The notes under the pieces: model-generated
The model's input: only the letters and a program-made list of their open reading frames with translations
Database searches by the model: none
Told to the model about the DNA's origin: nothing
Origin: an uncultured virus (IMG/VR IMGVR_UViG_3300044611_000703)
Lineage: Duplodnaviria; Heunggongvirae; Uroviricota; Caudoviricetes
Direction: 5' to 3' (one strand)
DNA: 64,000 nt
Virus record (IMG/VR): IMGVR_UViG_3300044611_000703
Span: 1 to 64,000 of that record
In this document: one piece after another, positions 50,522 through 60,988 of the stretch
Layout: each line of letters begins with the position of its first letter
Position numbering within the stretch: position 1 is the stretch's first letter
Program-made: the position numbers and the translations under genes

Positions 50522-51658
50522 ATGGCGATATTAACTGGTACAACATACCAAACTGCAATTATACCGGAACCGGAAAGAACTAAATTATATACAAGAATTA
50601 AACACTTACTTGGTGCCCCATTAAGAAGTATTGAATTAGAAGACGAACAGATGGATAGTTTATTAGAATTATCTATTGGTGACTATTCACAATATATTCA
50701 AGATTGGTTAATTGAATCTCAATGGACTTCTTTATACAACTTAAATTTAGATACTCAATCATTATCAAGGGCTTTTGTAACTAAAAGTTTAGATTGGGAA
50801 ACACGATACACCTACGCTTATTCAAAAATTGTTGGACTACAAGCCGGTGGTGATTCAGTATTGAAAAAAGATTTTATACAATTAGTACCTAATCAACAAA
50901 TTTACGAAATTCCAGCAAATAGAGAAATTAACGAATTATTATGGTTTAGCCCATCTCCAACGAATGGGGTCTTTTTTGATAATTTTAGTTTTGGTGGTTT
51001 AGGTAGTATGGGTGGAGCCGGTGGTTTCGCTCAAATGGGTGCAACAGGTTCTTATTTTATGATGCCAGCATTTGATATGTTATTGAGAATGCAAGAAATT
51101 AATATTCAAAGACGTATTATAGCGGGTGATTTAACATATACTATAACCGCATTACCTGAAGGTAAAAAAGCTATTCACTTAATGAATACTCCGGGTGGTA
51201 AATTTGACTTTGGTGACAGAAATTTAGCTAAAGGTCAAGTATGGTATTGGTATTACGATGTTGGCCCTGCGGATAGAGATAATTGTTTAAAAAACAATCC
51301 GGATATTATTAAATTACCGTCTGACGTTCCAATTGACTCTATGTCTTGGATTGACTTAAATAATCCTTCTCAACAATTTGTTAGAAGATGGTTTACTGCT
51401 TATTGTAAAGAAACATTATCAAGAGTTAGAGGTAAATTTAGTGGTAACATTAAAACACCTGATAGTGAGTTAACAATGGATTACGCCACTTTAGCTACTG
51501 AAGGTAAAGATGAAAAATCCAAACTTGAAGAAGAATTAAAATTAAGATTAGAAAGATTACGTCCTGAAAAAATGATGGAACGTGAAGCGTTACTCGCAGA
51601 AAATTTAAACAAACAACTTAAATTTAGAGCAATGCCAAGACAAATTTATGTAATATAA
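50522..51658 (+). CDS. Neck/head-tail adaptor protein (T4 gp13-like)
   Basis: LLGAPLRSIELEDEQ N-terminal motif; RGKFSG..PD.ELT C-terminal motif. Confidence 0.7.
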   Translation: MAILTGTTYQTAIIPEPERTKLYTRIKHLLGAPLRSIELEDEQMDSLLELSIGDYSQYIQDWLIESQWTSLYNLNLDTQSLSRAFVTKSLDWETRYTYAYSKIVGLQAGGDSVLKKDFIQLVPNQQIYEIPANREINELLWFSPSPTNGVFFDNFSFGGLGSMGGAGGFAQMGATGSYFMMPAFDMLLRMQEINIQRRIIAGDLTYTITALPEGKKAIHLMNTPGGKFDFGDRNLAKGQVWYWYYDVGPADRDNCLKNNPDIIKLPSDVPIDSMSWIDLNNPSQQFVRRWFTAYCKETLSRVRGKFSGNIKTPDSELTMDYATLATEGKDEKSKLEEELKLRLERLRPEKMMEREALLAENLNKQLKFRAMPRQIYVI

Positions 51659-51661
51659 TTT

Positions 51662-52051
51662 ATGAACACAATAACCCAAAGATTTACAAGAAAAACAATT
51701 AACGACCCAAGATTTTTAGGTAATACTTTAATCGAGGTAGAAAATACTGAAGAAACTGAAAATACTGAACTAATACCAATGAAAAAAATTATTACCGAAT
51801 CCAATTACAGAACAAATGGGGAAATTCTACTTGTAATTAAAGATGTTGAATCTTGTAATATAACATTAGATTCTAATACAACAGAACATATTATTATTAA
51901 AGCGTTAACCAAAGTATTCATTAGACCTAGTTCAGGTAAAATTGATGAGTACTATGATGAAATATTTATTGATTGGGGTGCTTGTGTTGAATTTTATATG
52001 TTAGAAAATAATTGGTACATCGTTTCATCAGATGGTTTAAAATTAGAATAA
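51662..52051 (+). CDS. Hypothetical beta-rich protein
   Basis: 129 aa; KIDE...I...GACVEF...NWYIVS resembles small tail-fibre modules. Confidence 0.55.
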   Translation: MNTITQRFTRKTINDPRFLGNTLIEVENTEETENTELIPMKKIITESNYRTNGEILLVIKDVESCNITLDSNTTEHIIIKALTKVFIRPSSGKIDEYYDEIFIDWGACVEFYMLENNWYIVSSDGLKLE

Positions 52052-52083
52052 AAAAAGGTGTCGTTAGACACCTTTTATGTTTT
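52050..52083. terminator. Bidirectional terminator between convergent genes
   Basis: AAAAGGTGTC-GTTA-GACACCTTTT with A/T runs on both sides. Confidence 0.85.
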
Positions 52084-55015
52084 AATTAATATATTCTTCC
52101 CAACCTTCGGATGCTAAGTCATAAATGTAATCAGGACTCATTCCTCGTTTTTCCCAATACTTAATCTCACCCTCACTAATATCTAACACATCCTCTTTTA
52201 ATCTATCTTGGTCACCTTCTTTAAATGGAACACCATTTATAAGTTCAGATTGTTCTTTAGTGAAAAACCCTCTATCTTCAGGATTAACAACAATTAATTG
52301 TTCTCTAACTTCTTCTTTAAACACAACCAATAACGGACCAATTCGTTTATTAAATGTTGAGATGGCTCTCTCCACATTATAATCACCTCTCATATCCGGA
52401 TTGTTTTCAATTTCAGTTTGGTCTAACATATAACAATTTAATTGTATCGCCGAATCAGTATTATCAGCATTTGCAAGTCTATATGCAACATCCGTTGGAA
52501 CACCATTCATCGCTTCTTTCATTGGCTCGTCAGAACGAACCCAATTATCGTCAGACCAAGATTTTTCCCAACCATTTTTTAATAAAAACTTTTCTTTTTC
52601 TTTATAATGTGTGGAATCATATGATGAAAAATATAATTCTATTTGTTTTTCAGACCAACCTTTTTTAGGTTTATTCACTTTTTGAACATCTCCGTGAGAC
52701 GCTTTAATACCATTATTAACATAACTAATAACATCACCTAACGAAACTTTTAAATCGTGTTTAATTGCCAATTCCATATGAGCCATTCTACTCATTAAGG
52801 AACCCGCCTTAGTTTTCATACCACATCTTTTTTTATAGTCATCAATAGATAACTTAACCTTAGCTCTCTGAGCAATCTTCATAAGAGGAATATCTTTATC
52901 ATAAATTTTTTGTAGGTATTCATAATACCACTCAATAAATTCTTGACCTTTACCCTCCAATAATAATTTTACACCTTTATCTAAAAAGTCCTCAATATAT
53001 AATGGAAGTTTTTTAGATTTAATAGTATTACCAGTCAGTTTAATTTTACCACTCGCCTCCATAACCGCATAATTCTTACGAGCCAAATTAATACAAGATG
53101 GCCAAGTACCATCAGTGTCCAACGCCATTTCACCTCTCATAAAAAGGTCATTAAATTCTGCAACGTCGGCATCATCTCCGGTATATTCTTTACCCTCTTT
53201 AACTTTCCAATTCAATCCTTTACCAATGTAACGTCTATTCTCCCATCCTTCAGGTTTAGAGAAGTTGACACCATCGGTATCCATTACTAGTGGGGTATAT
53301 CCTTTCTTCATAAAGAACTTAATCATCTGACGAAGATATTGTCTTCCGGTACAAGTAATCTGTTCACCCATAAACATATCTCCCCATTCATAAACGTGTG
53401 GTGCGGATAATGCCCCAAACATCGAGTTAATGAATATCTTAATAGGTAATTGTTTTCGGTCATATGATAAGGACTTTTTACGGTCAGTTTCATAGAACTC
53501 ACCCGCCAAGTTTTTATACATAATACGAGCGTTACGGAAGTAAGCTAACATACCTTTCATTCCACCCATCACATCACACTCGGGAAACACATCGTGAACC
53601 AACTGAATAGATGGGTATAGAGACGAGTAGTCAAGTTTAAGTACATTGGTAGAGTAACCAACTTTAAGTAGTCGTGAAAGTCCTCCTACGAAGTCGGTCT
53701 TATCTTCTTTTTGAGGTATTGCAAGGTTATTCTTATATGACCAAGCTAACATAATCATTCTCCATAATGTGGCAGTTCCCATCGTGGAAACTCTTTCATA
53801 TGTTGTTGGTACCATTGACGCTAATAGAAACGTTCCTTGGTTGAATTCATCATCCACTGTCAACGTTTCCTCCAAGTCATCGTCAAGATATCTCTCAACA
53901 ATGTTATCACCCGTCACCTTTAAGTATTTACCCGGGAATCTTGTATCTAAATTATCAAACGCAGGATTATCCGCTTTCTTATATTTTCCATTCTCAACAT
54001 TTAACCAATACTCCTCTTTTTTAGCATACATCGGTCCAATATCTAAATGGTCAATATAAACTCGGTCAGGGGCTTCAGCTTTAATGTATTGTGTAATATA
54101 CTTTAACCCTGCTGATTTAATACTTGAGTTGATTGCTTGTGCTCTACGAACAGAGTGAATAATATCAATGATGTTATAACCCCATAATTGAGTTTGAGAA
54201 TATCTTTCAACCTCGTTAGCAAGTTTTAACATCCCATCTTTTTGTCCGATAGGTCTTGCCGGGTTTAAAGATTTTGCAATCTTTTTGATGTCCAAGTTAA
54301 GTGCTTTACATCTTTCAAATATCCAAAACCAGTCGAAGTTTGCTGAGTTATACCCACCAATGATTGAAGGTTTAAGTTCATCAATAATATTGAAGAATTC
54401 TACCAACCCTCTACGTTCTTGGTCTTCATCAGCGCACTCAATAACTTTTTGGTATCCTTTATTGGTTTTGATTCCAATCATAAATATACGACCATCTTTA
54501 GGTTCTAAAGAGGTCGTCTCCAAGTCAAATCCGAGTCGGGTGATGTCGTTGTACTCTTCATATCCTTTGAATAATCTCTTCTCTCTTGAAATAAGGAATT
54601 GTTCTACCGGTGGAAGTACCGTTAATTTACCTTTTGTTTTTTCACCCCATGGGTCTACACCACCATCCCTAAAGAATTGTATAAGTGAACGATACCCTTT
54701 CATTGATTTTACCATAAACTTAAGACCTTTTTCTAATCTCTCATTACCTTTGGTTTCTAATTTCTCAATGATGATACCGTGTTTCTTCATTGCTTCTTTT
54801 TGTTGGTCTTTTGATTTTGAATAAAAATTCAAATCTCTTAAATCACCAACCCAAGCAAATGCTGTAAATGTGTCTTTTTTGATTATTTTTCCCTGACCAG
54901 GGATTTCTTTGATTTTGTAGATAGCGTCCGATGCGTAATCATACTCGATTGCAACGATATGCTCTTCAGGGTCATTCCCCTCAAGGAATGCTTTAATCTC
55001 TTCTTGTGTTACCAT
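52082..55015 (-). CDS. polB: Family B DNA polymerase with 3'-5' exonuclease
   Basis: FDLETT, YNSANFDW, YLDDD (exo I-III); DYSSLYPS, KIFINSMFG, DTDG, RKNYA. Confidence 0.93.
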   Translation of the reverse strand: MVTQEEIKAFLEGNDPEEHIVAIEYDYASDAIYKIKEIPGQGKIIKKDTFTAFAWVGDLRDLNFYSKSKDQQKEAMKKHGIIIEKLETKGNERLEKGLKFMVKSMKGYRSLIQFFRDGGVDPWGEKTKGKLTVLPPVEQFLISREKRLFKGYEEYNDITRLGFDLETTSLEPKDGRIFMIGIKTNKGYQKVIECADEDQERRGLVEFFNIIDELKPSIIGGYNSANFDWFWIFERCKALNLDIKKIAKSLNPARPIGQKDGMLKLANEVERYSQTQLWGYNIIDIIHSVRRAQAINSSIKSAGLKYITQYIKAEAPDRVYIDHLDIGPMYAKKEEYWLNVENGKYKKADNPAFDNLDTRFPGKYLKVTGDNIVERYLDDDLEETLTVDDEFNQGTFLLASMVPTTYERVSTMGTATLWRMIMLAWSYKNNLAIPQKEDKTDFVGGLSRLLKVGYSTNVLKLDYSSLYPSIQLVHDVFPECDVMGGMKGMLAYFRNARIMYKNLAGEFYETDRKKSLSYDRKQLPIKIFINSMFGALSAPHVYEWGDMFMGEQITCTGRQYLRQMIKFFMKKGYTPLVMDTDGVNFSKPEGWENRRYIGKGLNWKVKEGKEYTGDDADVAEFNDLFMRGEMALDTDGTWPSCINLARKNYAVMEASGKIKLTGNTIKSKKLPLYIEDFLDKGVKLLLEGKGQEFIEWYYEYLQKIYDKDIPLMKIAQRAKVKLSIDDYKKRCGMKTKAGSLMSRMAHMELAIKHDLKVSLGDVISYVNNGIKASHGDVQKVNKPKKGWSEKQIELYFSSYDSTHYKEKEKFLLKNGWEKSWSDDNWVRSDEPMKEAMNGVPTDVAYRLANADNTDSAIQLNCYMLDQTEIENNPDMRGDYNVERAISTFNKRIGPLLVVFKEEVREQLIVVNPEDRGFFTKEQSELINGVPFKEGDQDRLKEDVLDISEGEIKYWEKRGMSPDYIYDLASEGWEEYIN

Positions 55016-55113
55016 AATATATTTTTTAGAATGACATATTTGCTCCGATTTTAAATCAGGTTTGTCTTGTTTCTATAAATATAATTGATAATAATTAATA
55101 AATCAATTTTAGA

Positions 55114-55959
55114 TTAATGACATGGAAGTAAATTGTTAAAATTAACAATTCCGGTAATTACAGAATTAAAAACGGTGATTACTTGATATCCGTTTACTTG
55201 AGTGACATAACTACCATCATTAATCAATGATATTGTTTGTCCATTAGGGTCACTATAAATTGTTCCACCTATTTGTAATGGGGTATACATATAATAGTTC
55301 TCACCACCAATTATATAAAACGGAGGTGCCAATACATAATCTTCAACAATACATTTAATTAGTTGAGGACTATCGGCAATAAAATCAATAAATAAATGAC
55401 CAATATCGTCATAAATACCTGAACCCATATTAACTTCGGATAATACAGGAACTGTTGTTGTCGTGGTTGTAGTATGATTAATTGTAGTAGTAGTTGTAGT
55501 ACAAGGACAACATTCTGTAGTTGTTGTTGTAGTATATGGTCCATTGATACAACAAGGGAATTCTGACACGTAACAACTATCATAAACTAAATCATCAGCA
55601 ATAAATGAATCTTGAACATTTATAAATAATTCTTCACGTATTGGTAATATAAGGACACCATCGGAATTTCTTAACATAAATTGACCGGCGTATCGACCAA
55701 CTCTATTAGTATCTCTTGGTGTAAACTGATAATATATGTAATATTCAGGACCAGCATTCAAGTCAACAAAAGTTTTTTCAACAAACCCTGCAGGTCTTGA
55801 ACTTATTTTTGGAATACCGGTTTCTACGTCAACCATTGAGAAGAAAATGGCCGATTCTTCAATCATATCCATAAACTTATTATAGTCACTTCTTCCGTCT
55901 TTAACCACTTGTAACTTTAGTACCGGTAAGGTTGCGTTTTTCTTTATAAAAAAATCCAT
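55114..55959 (-). CDS. Virion-type protein with BppU-like N-terminal domain and Cys/Thr-rich linker
   Basis: FFIKKNATLP.L...YYQF...DT...GRY.GQF; YTTTTTTECCPCTTTTTTINHTTTTTTT. Confidence 0.6.
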   Translation of the reverse strand: MDFFIKKNATLPVLKLQVVKDGRSDYNKFMDMIEESAIFFSMVDVETGIPKISSRPAGFVEKTFVDLNAGPEYYIYYQFTPRDTNRVGRYAGQFMLRNSDGVLILPIREELFINVQDSFIADDLVYDSCYVSEFPCCINGPYTTTTTTECCPCTTTTTTINHTTTTTTTVPVLSEVNMGSGIYDDIGHLFIDFIADSPQLIKCIVEDYVLAPPFYIIGGENYYMYTPLQIGGTIYSDPNGQTISLINDGSYVTQVNGYQVITVFNSVITGIVNFNNLLPCH

Positions 55960-56005
55960 CTATTGTTTTTATTTATAAATACTTTGCTTTCCAAAAATAA
56001 ACAAA

Positions 56006-57682
56006 TTAACTTTCTTTTCTTAACGAACCATCATAATGGTCAAATCTATTGTGTTCAGTTGGTGTTAATAACAATAACCCGGGATTAATATTACCCATTA
56101 CAGTTTCTTGATAACAATGAGACATTAAAGTTTGTTCAAAAGGGTGAGCCCATTTAGTTTCTAAATAACATTTATAGTTACCTTCTCTACTTAAAAGTAT
56201 TGGCCAATTACATAAATAAATTTCACCTGTGACATATGGTAAACCATTATGTGATTTAATATTTTTAAAAACTGTCTTTGGAGAATTCGGATTTAATCCT
56301 TGTTCAGGTAATCTTGGATTATCAGGCCAATGTCTTTGTCTAAAATCTTGGGGAACATTATACCAACTCCATTGAGTACTATTATCACCAAAAAATTCAG
56401 TGTAGTTAAGTTTTAAAAAATCAAAATTTTCTTTTTTAAGAATCTCTAATGATTTTTGATATAAATTTTCAGTCCATCTATTAAAACCATTTTTACACAT
56501 TTTATTTTTTCTTGGATAAAATGCCATATCATCTTCAAACCAAAAATAACAATCGTGATTTGTTTTATCAAAATGTTCCGCAACAAAAACTCTACCTCCA
56601 ACAATACCAATATTGTCTTTTTTGATATGTTCAAAACCATATTGTAAACATAATTCAACATAACGTTCAGTTGTTGATAAATCAGTTGAATTGTTCAATA
56701 AGTATTTTGCCGGTTTATCTATAAAATCTTTATCATATTCTAACATAGTTTGGATTAAATCCTCAAATTGTTTTGGGGAATTAAATGTTATTACATAAAG
56801 AGCAACGTTAGTGATATCCATATTATTATTTATTATTACATTTTTAGAACTTTCAGATTTAACAATAACATTATCATTTTTTAAATCCTCAAAAAATTTA
56901 CCCATCAAACCATTACCATCTATTTCTGAATAAGTTATTAAATTTGGGTATTGATAAGTCATTATGGTAAATAATGATTCTTCCGTACCCATAAAACCTT
57001 TAGATAAAGTATCATTCATCAATCCATAATATATTGAATTTATTTCTGATATTACATTTTTTTTACCACCAAAAAAACCGGCTCGAGCAACTTTATTAAC
57101 TTTGTTTCCCGCAATATTACATAAAACATCATATTTGAATCCGTGTATTTCACTATTTGTTTCATAAGGGAAACATACAAAATGAAAATTATTTACTAAT
57201 TTAGGTATTTTGTTTAAAACTTTGTCGTGAGTAAAATATCCCGGATGAATTGTGTTTGTTATTCCGGCATCAACCCAAAACATATATTCGGAATTAAACT
57301 TATCTAATAGTTTGGCGTCGTGAAGTAAAAACACTTTAGACATCACTAAAGGATTATACATTTCTAATTTGGCTTGAGTTGAATCAGATAACCACCCAAC
57401 CTGATTAAACCATTCGGGGTTAGTTCTAATTGATTGTATTTTAGTGTAAAATTCATTATCTTTAAACCAAGATAACTCTCTATGAATAAATTGAGTGTTT
57501 TCAACACGTCTATATTTAAAAACAAATTTTTCTAATTCTTTATCACCAAAAATAATCATATTCTCATTAACATGTAACAATTGTTCAAATTTTTCTAAAT
57601 AATATTGGAATGAACGAGACCACCCTTCTTGAAGGTCACCTCTCCCTATATTCCATAAACCGGTCACTAATGTTACACTCAT
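56006..57682 (-). CDS. HtrL/YibB-like domain fused to a GT-A (GT2-like) domain
   Basis: VTLVTGLWNIGR, YNPLVMSK, FWVDAG, GTEE; second domain YVITFN...WFEDDM. Confidence 0.65.
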   Translation of the reverse strand: MSVTLVTGLWNIGRGDLQEGWSRSFQYYLEKFEQLLHVNENMIIFGDKELEKFVFKYRRVENTQFIHRELSWFKDNEFYTKIQSIRTNPEWFNQVGWLSDSTQAKLEMYNPLVMSKVFLLHDAKLLDKFNSEYMFWVDAGITNTIHPGYFTHDKVLNKIPKLVNNFHFVCFPYETNSEIHGFKYDVLCNIAGNKVNKVARAGFFGGKKNVISEINSIYYGLMNDTLSKGFMGTEESLFTIMTYQYPNLITYSEIDGNGLMGKFFEDLKNDNVIVKSESSKNVIINNNMDITNVALYVITFNSPKQFEDLIQTMLEYDKDFIDKPAKYLLNNSTDLSTTERYVELCLQYGFEHIKKDNIGIVGGRVFVAEHFDKTNHDCYFWFEDDMAFYPRKNKMCKNGFNRWTENLYQKSLEILKKENFDFLKLNYTEFFGDNSTQWSWYNVPQDFRQRHWPDNPRLPEQGLNPNSPKTVFKNIKSHNGLPYVTGEIYLCNWPILLSREGNYKCYLETKWAHPFEQTLMSHCYQETVMGNINPGLLLLTPTEHNRFDHYDGSLRKES

Positions 57683-57683
57683 A

Positions 57684-58673
57684 TTATAATAAATTTAAAT
57701 CAATTTTATTTAAAAATAATTCTATATTATTTTCAGGTTGACAGTTTTTAACAAACCATTCTCGGGCATTTTTAGATATAAAATCTAAATACTCTTGGTT
57801 ATTTTTAACTTTCTCCCAAGTGTATATTAAATTTTTTTGAAAATCTTCGTATGACAAATATTTTGGGTTTCCGTTATCCGTATAATCACAATAGTGATAA
57901 CAATTAATGTAATGGTAGTTTGGTATTAATGGTTCAGGATAATTTATTTGTAAATAAGGTCTAATAACAGGAACACCAATACCAAAACATTCTATGTCTC
58001 TATTACAAGATTCTGTTCCACCCGGTAAACTTAAACTAACCGAATAATTCGCCATGTCTTTTAAGTAATCAACATAATTTAAATTTTGATTGTTTTGGTT
58101 TTTATCAATAATTAAAATATCGTCTCGATTAATATTTTCGGTCATTTGTTTTCTAAAATCCCACATCCACCCCCTAAAATAAAGTTTTTGTTCTCTATTA
58201 TTTTTAGTGTTATAGATTGATTCCATTTCATCGTAACAACAATCAAAATAAGGGTTATAAAAAAAAGTGTTAAAAACACTTTGTATATCATCCGGGAATT
58301 CTAAATCAGGATTTAACGATGATATTTTTTTATAGTTAAAATAATCTAAAAAATTAAATCCACCAGCATAAAAAAATTGTTTCATTTTTTTTGGTTCCCA
58401 ACCAAGATGCCTCATAAAATGATATTTCCAATTATCGAATAATGATATTAAAATATAATTATTATTTTCAGGATTAATAATCGATAAACTCATACAACTA
58501 AAAATACTCCCTTGACCATATTTCTCATAAGATTGGTCGACTTCCACATCAAAAGTGTGTTCCGGATATTTTAATTTTATTGAATTTATAAATTTTTTAA
58601 ATAAACTAGTCACATAAAACTCGTGACCCCCCATTTTAAGGTCTCTTAACTGATGCCTAATAATAAATCTCAT
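57684..58673 (-). CDS. Glycosyltransferase, GT90/CAP10- or exostosin-like
   Basis: KLYFRG, YSVSLSLPG, CNRDIE, PLIPNYHYI, ISKNAREWF. Confidence 0.6.
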   Translation of the reverse strand: MRFIIRHQLRDLKMGGHEFYVTSLFKKFINSIKLKYPEHTFDVEVDQSYEKYGQGSIFSCMSLSIINPENNNYILISLFDNWKYHFMRHLGWEPKKMKQFFYAGGFNFLDYFNYKKISSLNPDLEFPDDIQSVFNTFFYNPYFDCCYDEMESIYNTKNNREQKLYFRGWMWDFRKQMTENINRDDILIIDKNQNNQNLNYVDYLKDMANYSVSLSLPGGTESCNRDIECFGIGVPVIRPYLQINYPEPLIPNYHYINCYHYCDYTDNGNPKYLSYEDFQKNLIYTWEKVKNNQEYLDFISKNAREWFVKNCQPENNIELFLNKIDLNLL

Positions 58674-58676
58674 ATA

Positions 58677-59924
58677 TTACAAGTTACCGGTTAATCTATC
58701 ACACCAACCTTTTGATTTACTATAAGGCCACACCACCCAATATTTTGGTTTAGAGGTTGTTTGAAAATCTCTCCAAATTTTACAGTATCCGTCAGGGTCT
58801 TTCATCATATTATTTATTTCATTAATATCCGCATCTTTACGATAAAGAGTTTCATCTTTCTCATCGTGGAAAGCAACAACCCAAAAATCATAATCTTTTT
58901 CCGGAACTTGTTTAAATGAGATATCTATACAATGTTTAAATACTCTTGCAAAACTTGCCAACCATTCTTCTTCAGTTTCATAAACGGTAGGATTTGGTGG
59001 ATACTTTTTATCTAATGTATATTGTTGGACAGCTCTATTTGAAAATTTAAGACCAGAATAAATCTCATAATCTTTTAAAGTTCTTTCAGTTCCAAATCCG
59101 TACTTACTAAAATCCAAAGTAACTTCCTCACCATCCATTCCAAAAAGTTGTCTATTCTTTTTGTGAGACAATTCATTCTTTTTACCCCACTCTTTGTCAT
59201 CATCCCATTGTTTGGTTCTACCCTTACGAGTATACTCATGCCAAATAACAGTTTTGTGTGGGTGGAATAAATCATATCCGTGAGTAAATGCTCTAACGGC
59301 AATAGATATTTCTTCCCCGTGAAAATAAAATTCAGGGTCGTGTTGAACCTCAACACTGAACTCTCCAAGAGTGAAAGCCATATGTGCAGAATAAAAACGA
59401 GAAGTAATTGGTTGTTTAAGTTTTTCCCAACCAGGAATTGTTTCAGGTAAGAAGAATACCGCACCTTCAGGGATAAACCTATCGAAAGACATTCTCCACG
59501 GTTCTTTAACTCTACCTGCCGGGTCATTATCCGGGTCGAATGAAGAAACATACCCCGTCAATAAAGGTTTCTTAAATCCTTTCTTCTGAAGTTGTTTAAC
59601 CATTTTGATTAAGGTATCATCCCAATCCTTTTCAAATCTCATATGAGAATCTATTTGAAGAGTATATTCCTCACCATCATATAATTGTTGTACTTGATTT
59701 CTTGCCCAACAAACACCTTTAGCGTCAGAATATAAAACATCCTTAACTCTAAATCTTTTATCTCCACTAAATTTTTCTAAATTATCAAACCCGTCTTCAG
59801 GGTGATATTGACGACATATACCTATTCTTAAGTTTTTAGGTCTTTTAGCATTTTCCAACATACTATCTAATGTTGGGATAAGTTGGGGGTCACGATAGGA
59901 AGCTATCTGTACAAATATTTTCAT
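58677..59924 (-). CDS. Polypeptide GlcNAc-transferase-like protein (GT60, Gnt1 family)
   Basis: IFVQIASYRDP, GVCWAR, LQIDSHMRF..DWD..L, FHGEE, R.FTHGYD, WHEY. Confidence 0.85.
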   Translation of the reverse strand: MKIFVQIASYRDPQLIPTLDSMLENAKRPKNLRIGICRQYHPEDGFDNLEKFSGDKRFRVKDVLYSDAKGVCWARNQVQQLYDGEEYTLQIDSHMRFEKDWDDTLIKMVKQLQKKGFKKPLLTGYVSSFDPDNDPAGRVKEPWRMSFDRFIPEGAVFFLPETIPGWEKLKQPITSRFYSAHMAFTLGEFSVEVQHDPEFYFHGEEISIAVRAFTHGYDLFHPHKTVIWHEYTRKGRTKQWDDDKEWGKKNELSHKKNRQLFGMDGEEVTLDFSKYGFGTERTLKDYEIYSGLKFSNRAVQQYTLDKKYPPNPTVYETEEEWLASFARVFKHCIDISFKQVPEKDYDFWVVAFHDEKDETLYRKDADINEINNMMKDPDGYCKIWRDFQTTSKPKYWVVWPYSKSKGWCDRLTGNL

Positions 59925-59989
59925 TTATCTCTTGTTTTTACACAAAAGATAATAGTTCAAAATAAAAGATAAATATTAATGGTTAATTA

Positions 59990-60880
59990 TTACGGACAAC
60001 TACCAAAAACTGTCACCCAATTAGTACAATTACTATAATTTGTTATATCAACAATGGTAACCGTAGGAGCTCCACTAATCGCAACACCTGTTACCACTTC
60101 ATAAGGTTCACCATTTGTTGCGGTATATACCCCTGGTAATGATGCGAATATTGGATTATATGCAACGTATTGTGTTGTCAAATCACAACAACCGTATAAC
60201 TCTAAAACTAATCCCGCAGATGTAGGTGTTGGAGTTGGGGTTGTTGTTGATGTTGCCGTTGGAGTATGTGTTGGTGTTGGTGTCGGTGTTGTTGTCGATG
60301 TTGCTGTTGGAGTGTGAGTTGGGGTCGGTGTTGGGGTTGGCGTAGATGTCGATGTCAGGTTTGGTGTTGTTGTTGGTGTTGTTGTAGGGGTAGGGGTTAA
60401 TGCCGAATCAGGACACGTATTGTTAACACACAAATTACCTATATTCACATTAATACCAACATCCGCTGATGGTAATCTACCACAATAATATAATGTAGTT
60501 CCCGATTGTATTTCACCTTTTAATATTGTGTCATCACATTGAGTAAAATAAAAATATAATGTATTCGATGTTGTATTTTCAAATGTAAGACAATTACAAA
60601 CCACAATTTTTGTAGGTGTTGGAGTTGGGGTTATTGTAGGTGTTGGAGTTGGGGTTGTTGGACAACTTTGTAAAATTAATTCTTGACAACCAATTGAATC
60701 CACAACTTTAACTATAACTTGTTGAGCACCTTCTAATTGAGTAGGTATTTGTAATTCTAATGTTGGGGGGACAACAACAACACCGGTTGCAACCACATAA
60801 CAATAAGTTAAGGTAATATCACATATTGAGATATTAAATGGTGAATGTCCTGATAAACTTGTTATTTCAACTACTTGCAT
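59990..60880 (-). CDS. Cys-rich protein with mucin-like Pro-Thr repeats
   Basis: Two (TP)n tracts including a duplicated TPTPTHTPTATSTTTP; TATTTAT motif just upstream. Confidence 0.75.
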   Translation of the reverse strand: MQVVEITSLSGHSPFNISICDITLTYCYVVATGVVVVPPTLELQIPTQLEGAQQVIVKVVDSIGCQELILQSCPTTPTPTPTITPTPTPTKIVVCNCLTFENTTSNTLYFYFTQCDDTILKGEIQSGTTLYYCGRLPSADVGINVNIGNLCVNNTCPDSALTPTPTTTPTTTPNLTSTSTPTPTPTPTHTPTATSTTTPTPTPTHTPTATSTTTPTPTPTSAGLVLELYGCCDLTTQYVAYNPIFASLPGVYTATNGEPYEVVTGVAISGAPTVTIVDITNYSNCTNWVTVFGSCP

Positions 60881-60988
60881 TACTATAAATATAGTTAGAA
60901 TTATTTTACGATAAATAATTAAATTATCTAAAATTATATGGAAATTTATACATATTTTATTATCTTTAGGGTAAAAAAATAAAACAAT

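Noticed and set aside
14670..55015. Inteins or group I introns in nrdA, nrdB, helicase, recombinase or polB
   Set aside because: The ORFs are continuous, of roughly normal length, and show no intein splice motifs or homing endonuclease signatures
12245..59952. TTATCTTTTG (minus strand, near 12246 and 59943) as Bacteroidota -7 promoter elements
   Set aside because: One base longer than the TAnnTTTG consensus and only two copies seen; insufficient support
60221..60662. GTT/GGTGTT-rich repeats as a CRISPR array or DNA satellite
   Set aside because: They are in-frame Thr/Pro codons with synonymous variation and have no repeat-spacer structure
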